63,013 bases of DNA, taken from positions 1 through 63,013 of the forward strand of contig JAQVNO010000001.1 of NCBI GenBank assembly GCA_028703095.1, written 5' to 3'. Positions 56,701 to 63,013 of the stretch are shown here, piece by piece. The stretch comes from Bacteroidales bacterium (GTDB lineage Bacteria > Bacteroidota > Bacteroidia > Bacteroidales > WCHB1-69). Every line of letters starts with the position of its first letter. The first letter of the stretch is position 1. Below the pieces are notes generated by a model. It ran no database searches. It was given only the letters and a program-made list of their open reading frames with translations, and was not told the DNA's origin. The position numbers and the translations under genes are program-made.

Positions 56701-58164
56701 TTAATATTTGTATTCCAAAGCTTTTGAAAAATAATTTAGAATTCTGTAATACAATTCATCGCCTAAAATAGCATCTTCAACCTCGTGATCAATACTCGGA
56801 TTATCATTTACTTCTATTACTATTGCCTTATCATTAATCAACTTAATATCTACACCATACAATCCATCTCCTATGCATGAAGTAACTTTAATGGCTGCTT
56901 TAAGCACATTTTTAGGCACTTGATAAATTGGAATAGTTTCATATGTTCCACAACTGTTTTTCCCTCTTTTTGCATGATTATATATTTGCCAATGACCTTT
57001 TGCCATATAATATTTACAAGCAAACAAAGGCTCATTGTCAAGGACTCCTATTCTCCAATCAAATTCAGTTGGAATAAATTCTTGTGCAAGTAAAATAGCA
57101 GACTTGGCAAACAAAAATCCTAATGCTTCTGACAATTCGTTATCGTTGGTGATTTTCTTTATATCAAAAGAAAAAGAACCATCCGGTATCTTTATGATAA
57201 AAGGAAGTCCAAGTTGAGCCACAACGGATGAAAATGAATTTTTATTCGATTTAAACAACAAAAGAGATTTAGGTGCCAATATTTTCTCTTTAAGAAGCAA
57301 TTCATTCAAATATACCTTATTCGTACATCGAATGATGGATACGGGATCGTCAACAACAACCATATCTGCTTGTTTTGCGCGTTGGGAAATTTGATACGTA
57401 ATATGGTTTAATGCTGTAGTTGAACGAATAAACAAAGCGTCAAACTCCATCAATCTAGTTAAATCTTCTTCAGTAATTAGTTCAGCATGAATATTCATTT
57501 TCTTCGCAATTTCTAAAAACTTATTCAATGCTTTTTTATTACTAGGAGGTAATTCTTCTTCAGGGTTATAGAAAATTGCTAAATTATATCGAAATGATTT
57601 TGGAGAACGCGGAGAACGCCAGACTTTTTGATTAAATCTATTCAAAGCCTCTGCAAAAAAATCTTGTTCTTCATCAGTTAGTTGAATTAATGAGCGAGAT
57701 TGTATGCTCTCAATTTGATTACGAGCTTTATTGTAAAATCCTACACGTAAAAGCGGACAAGGATAATGATCAAATATATACCGGGCGATTTTTTCTAATC
57801 CTTTTTCTTTACATGTCCCGAAATATATATCTAAATACCAAATTTCATCTGTAATATCATTCTTTTTTGCCCACTGATGACATGCTTTGTGTAATACATT
57901 GTCCATCCTCACACCTGCTCCCGACTCTAAACGATTAAGAGTTTGCACGCTGGGTATAATTCTATCGCCTCTTGCCTGAGCCAAAAGAGAACAATAATAT
58001 CCTTCGGAATTATAAGATAAATTAGCACTTAAATTAATGACAACATTCGATCTTCCATTTTCGGTTTTATGTTGTAAATAATCGGAAACCGTTAAAATAC
58101 TTTTTGTTTTATAAAAAGGATTCCAAACGGATAAATCATCGAGTAATATTAAAACTTCTTGCAT
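56701..58164 (-). CDS. RimK-type ATP-grasp ligase with ~200-aa N-terminal accessory domain
   Basis: The C-terminal half has the ATP-grasp layout (PFIIKIPDGSFSFDI, GVDIKLINDKAIVIEVNDNPS). The start is set at ATG 58164 because the -7 box covers the TTG at 58188. Confidence 0.8.
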   Translation of the reverse strand: MQEVLILLDDLSVWNPFYKTKSILTVSDYLQHKTENGRSNVVINLSANLSYNSEGYYCSLLAQARGDRIIPSVQTLNRLESGAGVRMDNVLHKACHQWAKKNDITDEIWYLDIYFGTCKEKGLEKIARYIFDHYPCPLLRVGFYNKARNQIESIQSRSLIQLTDEEQDFFAEALNRFNQKVWRSPRSPKSFRYNLAIFYNPEEELPPSNKKALNKFLEIAKKMNIHAELITEEDLTRLMEFDALFIRSTTALNHITYQISQRAKQADMVVVDDPVSIIRCTNKVYLNELLLKEKILAPKSLLLFKSNKNSFSSVVAQLGLPFIIKIPDGSFSFDIKKITNDNELSEALGFLFAKSAILLAQEFIPTEFDWRIGVLDNEPLFACKYYMAKGHWQIYNHAKRGKNSCGTYETIPIYQVPKNVLKAAIKVTSCIGDGLYGVDIKLINDKAIVIEVNDNPSIDHEVEDAILGDELYYRILNYFSKALEYKY

Positions 58165-58185
58165 GATTGTTAAAAAAAATTGAAG

Positions 58186-58193
58186 CAAAAGTA
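58186..58193 (-). promoter_or_regulatory. -7 promoter box for the RimK-like/GNAT pair
   Basis: caaaagta on + equals TACTTTTG on the minus strand, 22 nt upstream of ATG 58164. Confidence 0.55.
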
Positions 58194-58247
58194 CTCAAAA
58201 TATTCATAATTTGAAGTATTTTTTTTTGTTTTTTTTAATAAAAATAG

Positions 58248-58255
58248 TATATTTG
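58248..58255 (+). promoter_or_regulatory. -7 promoter box for the M20 peptidase gene
   Basis: tatatttg within tatatttgcaaa. It lies inside the maximal ORF (58211), so the true start must be downstream. Confidence 0.5.
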
Positions 58256-58273
58256 CAAACTGATTTATTCACT

Positions 58274-59752
58274 TTGAAAATACAATATATTTTGCATCTG
58301 TTTAAACATTCTAATCTCAACTTATATAATAGATTTCTAATAAAAACAACTTTTAGTTTATTTTTTATAGTATTATTTTTATGTAAAAGTTATAACATAC
58401 TAGCTCAAGAAAATAATGATTTTACTACTACTTCCCCTATTCAATTTTTAAGTGAATATATTCGTATTCCTTCTGTATCAGGAAATGAAAATCAAGCTGC
58501 CTATTTTCTGATGCAAGCCTGCGAAGAAAAAGGATTATATATTTATAAAATTTCTGATACTATTGGGAGCGTAAATTTTGCAGCTTCACTTTATTCGCTT
58601 GATTTAAAAAAACCTAACATTATTTTTCACAATCACATGGATGTTGTTCCGGCAGGAGACAGTTGCAACTGGAATTACCCCCCCTACAGCGGCACTATTG
58701 CCAATGGAAAAGTCTGGGGAAGAGGCTCTCTGGATAATAAAGGATTAGCAATCATACAATTATTTACAATTGAGAAGTTCGTTGATTTAGCTAGTAATAA
58801 AGATTTGCCCTATAATGTAACTATTGTTTGTGTTTCCGGAGAAGAAACCGGGGGTTTTACAGGAAGTGCCATTGTAAGTGAGAATTTTAAAGAAATATTC
58901 AATCCCGTGGTTGTCATAGGAGAAGGAGGTGCCGGAATGGATAATATTGCCTTTTTAGACAAAGCCAAAATATTCTTTGGCATTTCCATAACTGAAAAAA
59001 GTTCTGTCTGGCTTAAATTAAGCTATAACGTGCAATCTGCAGGACATGCTTCTATTGCTGGTTCAGATTATGCATACAAACGCTTAATAAAAGGATTACA
59101 CAAGTTAATTGACGAACAACAACCCATGCAAATTACCAACGAAGTTAAACTAATGTTCTCGGAAGCAGGTAAAAACATTGGAGGAATCAAAGGTTTTGCT
59201 TTTAAAAATTTAGACTGGAAAATTTTTCGCCCCACCCTTAAAAAATATGTAAAAAAGGTACCCGAATTTGAATCTATGTTATGCAATACCATTACAGTAT
59301 CAAGTTTTGGGGAAATTTATGAAACCACTAACCAAACTCCAATGGAAGCACATGCTACTTTGGATTGCCGACTTTTGCCGGGTACTTCTACCAATGACAT
59401 GATTGATATTATTTACAAAGCGATTAACGATTCCTTATTGCATATATCTATATTAAAACCTAGTCCACCCGCATATACCAGTTATCCTGATTTTTTCTTT
59501 CACAAACTGAGTGTATCCATAAAAAATATATTCCACGATGCAGAAGTAATTCCTATGCTTCTACCGGCTTCTACCGACAACTCTTATTATAGGGCTTCAG
59601 GATGCCCGGTTTTTGGACTTAATCCAATGATAATTGAAGCCAAGCAAATGAACTCCATACATAATTTTAATGAATACATTGATATAGAAGACATAAATAA
59701 CGGGATTTTAATATTTGAAGATTTTTTACAATCGCTATTAAAACCTATTTAA
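58274..59752 (+). CDS. M20-family metallopeptidase (secreted/periplasmic)
   Basis: HNHMDVVPAG, GRGSLDNKG and VSGEETGG. There is a signal-like segment TTFSLFFIVLFLCKSYNILAQ. No in-frame ATG lies upstream, so the start (TTG 58274 or nearby) is uncertain. Confidence 0.85.
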   Translation: MKIQYILHLFKHSNLNLYNRFLIKTTFSLFFIVLFLCKSYNILAQENNDFTTTSPIQFLSEYIRIPSVSGNENQAAYFLMQACEEKGLYIYKISDTIGSVNFAASLYSLDLKKPNIIFHNHMDVVPAGDSCNWNYPPYSGTIANGKVWGRGSLDNKGLAIIQLFTIEKFVDLASNKDLPYNVTIVCVSGEETGGFTGSAIVSENFKEIFNPVVVIGEGGAGMDNIAFLDKAKIFFGISITEKSSVWLKLSYNVQSAGHASIAGSDYAYKRLIKGLHKLIDEQQPMQITNEVKLMFSEAGKNIGGIKGFAFKNLDWKIFRPTLKKYVKKVPEFESMLCNTITVSSFGEIYETTNQTPMEAHATLDCRLLPGTSTNDMIDIIYKAINDSLLHISILKPSPPAYTSYPDFFFHKLSVSIKNIFHDAEVIPMLLPASTDNSYYRASGCPVFGLNPMIIEAKQMNSIHNFNEYIDIEDINNGILIFEDFLQSLLKPI

Positions 59753-59847
59753 TATTTCTTTTATTTATGTTTCCTCTATGTTTTTTTTAATATGTTGCTA
59801 AAGTAAATATTTTCTAAAATAAACTTTTTTGAAAAACAAAACTAAAA

Positions 59848-59855
59848 TATTTTTG
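59848..59855 (+). promoter_or_regulatory. -7 promoter box for the lipocalin gene
   Basis: tatttttg, 37 nt before ATG 59892. Confidence 0.5.
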
Positions 59856-59891
59856 TTTACTATATATTAAAAATTAAAAATAATATTAAAG

Positions 59892-60434
59892 ATGAAAATT
59901 AAAAATTTAATTACCAGGTTAGGAGTAGCAGTAATTGGCGCTGTTACGATAATTGCATGTGCGAAAATACCAAAAGAAGCTGTTGCCGTTGAGAATTTTG
60001 AAAAAGAAAAATATTTAGGCAAATGGTATGAAATCGCTCGTTTAGATTTTCGTTATGAAAGAGACCTCAACAATACTACAGCCAATTATTCGATTAATGA
60101 AGATGGAAGTATTAAAGTTACCAACAAAGGTTACAATTATGTAAAAAAAGAATGGGACGAAGCTATTGGAAAAGCTAAATTCAGAGGTGATGAAAGCGTA
60201 GCTATGCTAAAAGTTTCTTTCTTTGGCCCTTTTTACTCAGGATATAATGTGATTGCATTGGACAGTGAATATACGTATGCATTGGTAGCAGGGAAAAACC
60301 TTGATTACCTATGGATACTTTCGCGTGAAACCACCATCCCTGAAGCAGTAAAAAAGGAATATTTAGATATAGCCGAAGAATTAGGATATAAAACATCTGA
60401 TTTAATTTGGGTAGAACATAATGATCAAGAATGA
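59892..60434 (+). CDS. blc: bacterial lipocalin (outer-membrane lipoprotein Blc-like)
   Basis: Lipobox IIACA and the signature GKWYEIARL, followed by LWILSR. Confidence 0.88.
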   Translation: MKIKNLITRLGVAVIGAVTIIACAKIPKEAVAVENFEKEKYLGKWYEIARLDFRYERDLNNTTANYSINEDGSIKVTNKGYNYVKKEWDEAIGKAKFRGDESVAMLKVSFFGPFYSGYNVIALDSEYTYALVAGKNLDYLWILSRETTIPEAVKKEYLDIAEELGYKTSDLIWVEHNDQE

Positions 60435-60862
60435 GAATTTGGTCGTTACATCCTAAATATTTAGACACAAAAGGATTGATAGCTCTTTGGAGGGAAACAT
60501 TACTTGCTAAACATGTTTTGGAAGGAAAAACCAAAGGCTATACCCATCATCCGCAACTGGAAAGATTTAAAAAACAGCAACATCCTCTTGATTATATCAA
60601 TAAATATTTGATGGGTGTATATGACGAAGCTATTTCACGTGGGTTTGATTTTGACAGAAATAAAATCGGAACCATACTACCGACAGAAAAAATTCCACTC
60701 AATAAAGGCCAGTTGGAATATGAAAAAAATCACCTACTAAATAAATTAAAATTAAGAGACCAGAACAAATACCACCTGCTTACTTTATTACCGGAAATTG
60801 AGATTCATCCTCTTTTTGTTTTACAAGAAGGAAACATTGAAAATTGGGAAATAATTAGATAA
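60431..60862 (+). CDS. pyrimidine-dimer DNA glycosylase/endonuclease V-family protein
   Basis: MRIWSLHPKYLDTKGLIALWRETLLAKHVL...HHPQLERF matches my memory of the bacterial DenV-like family. It has an ATGA overlap with blc. Confidence 0.6.
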   Translation: MRIWSLHPKYLDTKGLIALWRETLLAKHVLEGKTKGYTHHPQLERFKKQQHPLDYINKYLMGVYDEAISRGFDFDRNKIGTILPTEKIPLNKGQLEYEKNHLLNKLKLRDQNKYHLLTLLPEIEIHPLFVLQEGNIENWEIIR

Positions 60863-60870
60863 TGTAAAAA

Positions 60871-61407
60871 ATGAAAAAAATAATTGCTTTTGGTGCTTCC
60901 TATAGTAAAAATTCTATTAATAAACAGTTGGCACATTATGCTGCACAGCAGTTTGATAATACTATAATAGAATTGCTGGATTTAAACGATTATCCTCTTC
61001 CTCTATTCACTGTAGATGTGGAAGCAAGTATTGACTATCCTGAACCTATTTTTCGGTTTTTAGAAAAAATAGAAGAAGCTGATTCACTAATCATTTCCAT
61101 GGCTGAACATAATGGAAATTTTTCAGCTGCTTTTAAAAACTTATTCGATTGGGTTTCGCGAATCAAATACAAAATGTTTGAAAATAAAAACATTTTACTA
61201 TTATCTACATCTCCCGGCAAAAGAGGTGGTGCAAGCTCCCTTGAAATAGCTAAATTTCAATTTCCTATACATGGAGCAACCATAGCAACAACATTCTCAT
61301 TGCCTTTGTTTGATTCTAACTTTAATCAACACAAAGGAATTACGAATCCTCACATAGAACAACAATTTCAAGAAGCAATCACTTTAACAAAAGAAAAATT
61401 CTTATAA
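60871..61407 (+). CDS. NAD(P)H-dependent FMN reductase-family oxidoreductase
   Basis: IIAFGASYSKNSINKQLA and STSPGKRGGASSL fit a flavodoxin-like fold. 178 aa. Confidence 0.8.
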   Translation: MKKIIAFGASYSKNSINKQLAHYAAQQFDNTIIELLDLNDYPLPLFTVDVEASIDYPEPIFRFLEKIEEADSLIISMAEHNGNFSAAFKNLFDWVSRIKYKMFENKNILLLSTSPGKRGGASSLEIAKFQFPIHGATIATTFSLPLFDSNFNQHKGITNPHIEQQFQEAITLTKEKFL

Positions 61408-61444
61408 AAGTGATATTATTTACAGAATGCGTGCAAATAAAATG

Positions 61445-61452
61445 TACTTTTG
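61445..61452 (+). promoter_or_regulatory. -7 promoter box for the methyltransferase gene
   Basis: tacttttg within aatgtacttttgtaa, 70 nt before ATG 61522. Confidence 0.5.
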
Positions 61453-61521
61453 TAACAATAAATCTCACTATTAACTTACAGCATTTATTTTGAGCTGTTT
61501 TCACTAAAAAAACATTCACTA

Positions 61522-62361
61522 ATGAAATTAACGCATGAAAAGAGAGTAGAGAAATTCTATTCTCATGGTTCTGATACAAGAGGGTTGCAAGATGGAGGCT
61601 ATCTTTCCTTCGGATATTGGACAGAAAACATAAAACATTATCGTCAGGCTGTCGATGCTCTGATAAACAAAATTCTTCAATTTGAAAAACCAAATACTTC
61701 AGGAAAAATATTAAATGTTGCTTGTGGCTATGGAGCTGAAACAAAGAAAATTTTTGACTGTATTCGACCTCATAAAATAATAGCTATTGATATAACGGAA
61801 GACCACATAAATTTCGCCAAAGAGCAGAATGCACTTAAAGCCAATTCCGAACAAATTGAATTTAAAAAAATGGATGCATGTAAACTTGATTTCGAATCAA
61901 ATAGTTTTGATTATGTGATTGGAATAGAAGGCCCTGCACACTTCAACACCAGAGAAGTGTTCTTACGCAATACCTTTCGAGTATTAAAAAAAGACGGTGT
62001 CTTATTACTTTCTGACATCATGGTTGACAAAAAAGCTGCTTTAAAAAACAGCTTTAATAAAATAGTTAGTAATTTTTGTGCAAAACATTGGCATATGCCC
62101 AAAGAAAATTGGATGTCTGTACCTGAATTAAGTGTATTACTTGAAAAGATTGGCTTCAAGGTCGATACGGCTGAGAGTGTCGGAAATAAAGTCTTTCCTG
62201 GATTTTCAAAATATAATTTAAAATGGAATTCTATTCAAAATGCTATTCAAACAAGAGGATACCGAATAGGAATAGGGCTCACATTTATATCTTGGTTATT
62301 AGGATTTGTACATCGAAGAGGTTTAATTGATTACGTATTTATTAGAGCAGTGAAAATATAA
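61522..62361 (+). CDS. class I SAM-dependent methyltransferase
   Basis: Motif I is ILNVACGYGAET and post-I is IIAIDIT. Motif II is FDYVIGIEG. Confidence 0.85.
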   Translation: MKLTHEKRVEKFYSHGSDTRGLQDGGYLSFGYWTENIKHYRQAVDALINKILQFEKPNTSGKILNVACGYGAETKKIFDCIRPHKIIAIDITEDHINFAKEQNALKANSEQIEFKKMDACKLDFESNSFDYVIGIEGPAHFNTREVFLRNTFRVLKKDGVLLLSDIMVDKKAALKNSFNKIVSNFCAKHWHMPKENWMSVPELSVLLEKIGFKVDTAESVGNKVFPGFSKYNLKWNSIQNAIQTRGYRIGIGLTFISWLLGFVHRRGLIDYVFIRAVKI

Positions 62362-62423
62362 CTTTTACTGATCTGTTTAATTGAAATTTAATGTATGCAT
62401 ATAATACATAGCACATAACTACG

Positions 62424-62885
62424 TTAATATCCTCTTTCTTCTGATCTTCGTTCATCTTTTTCTTTTATCGTTGCCCTCTTATCATACATTTTTTTCCCTC
62501 TAGCAAGATAAATATCTAATTTTGCATAGCCTTTTTCATTTACAAATAAAAGTGTGGGGATAATCGTTGTCCCTTTATCATTCAACTTTGATTCTAACTT
62601 TCGCAATTCTCTTTTGGTAAGTAATAGTTTACGATCACGCTTAGGTTCATGATTATTATAACTCCCTTGTAAATATTCGGAAATATGCAAACCTTTAACC
62701 CATAACTCATTGTTTTCAAACACACAATAAGCATCCGTCAAATTAGCTTTTCCTGCCCTAATGGATTTAATTTCGGTTCCGGTAAGCACAATTCCTGCAG
62801 TATATTTTGTTATTAAAAAATACTCAAATTCCGCTTTCCGATTTTTTATACTTATAAGATTATTATTATCTTTTTTCTTTCTCAT
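62424..62885 (-). CDS. smpB: SsrA-binding protein
   Basis: [17 protein letters not shown] and the basic C-terminal tail [16 protein letters not shown]. Confidence 0.95.
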   Translation of the reverse strand: MRKKKDNNNLISIKNRKAEFEYFLITKYTAGIVLTGTEIKSIRAGKANLTDAYCVFENNELWVKGLHISEYLQGSYNNHEPKRDRKLLLTKRELRKLESKLNDKGTTIIPTLLFVNEKGYAKLDIYLARGKKMYDKRATIKEKDERRSEERGY

Positions 62886-62936
62886 TAATTAATTATAAGC
62901 GTTTGTTAACGCCGATATATAAAATAAATACAGCAT

Positions 62937-63013
62937 TATTGCTTTTTAAAATTAGCTAATCCTTCTTCAAGAAAAGCAACGAAATTTTTCACATCTTTAT
63001 CGTAAGACTTAGG
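62937..63013 (-). CDS. 3' end of an unidentified gene running off the window
   Basis: The minus-strand frame is open from the window edge to a stop at 62937-62939 (...KDVKNFVAFLEEGLANFKKQ*). It is too short to identify. Confidence 0.3.

Noticed and set aside
61379-61744. A 121-aa minus-strand ORF spanning the FMN-reductase/methyltransferase spacer.
   Set aside because: It overlaps the promoter box and the 5' end of the well-supported methyltransferase gene, and it has no motifs.
1-63013. Search for CRISPR arrays, rRNA/tRNA genes, transposases, integrases and phage genes.
   Set aside because: No regularly spaced direct repeats of 25-40 nt, no rRNA or tRNA signatures, and no DDE, tyrosine or serine recombinase motifs were seen in any ORF. 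Apart from the left edge, the window is an ordinary core-genome region.

Overview
This is a 63-kb AT-rich chromosomal segment (about one-third GC judged by eye, not computed) that looks like Bacteroidota. Three things support that. Most transcription units are preceded by the Bacteroides-type -7 box TAnnTTTG, often as the longer word GTACTTTTGCAA. Two ORFs end in T9SS type-A C-terminal sorting domains. The gene set is also typical of the phylum (GH3-family protein, RRM protein, NhaD, membrane pyrophosphatase, putative-porin family). I call about 50 protein genes. Most are housekeeping: leuS, topA, dapF, panB, smpB, Fe/Mn SOD, nnr, hppA, methylmalonyl-CoA mutase, two pseudouridine synthases, peroxiredoxin and a P-type ATPase. 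The rest are envelope proteins and two small ABC modules. I recognised no rRNA, tRNA, CRISPR array, transposase or integrase. Several ORF-track starts were moved because a promoter box or a terminator lies inside the maximal ORF (ABC ATPase, GT2, GH3, beta-barrel gene, RimK-like gene, M20 peptidase). The unusual items are listed below.
(1) The left edge carries an orphan 5'-truncated Rhs/YD toxin tip with a membrane immunity candidate.
(2) Next to it lies a 1.2-kb non-coding, visibly GC-richer island packed with REP-like hairpins, perfect palindromes and direct repeats.
(3) An ATP-cone/Mrr-fold nuclease gene overlaps the end of a P-type ATPase gene and precedes an MscS channel gene.
(4) A 965-aa polytopic membrane protein overlaps a GT9 glycosyltransferase.
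(5) A subtilase is fused to an apparent outer-membrane beta-barrel.
(6) A metallophosphoesterase lipoprotein gene is split by a one-base slip in a poly-A tract.
(7) A RimK-type ATP-grasp, a GNAT and a divergent M20 peptidase form a trio suggesting synthesis and turnover of an N-acylated peptide.
(8) The SOD leader is interleaved and pseudoknot-capable.
All functional calls rest on motifs read by eye. No database search was run.
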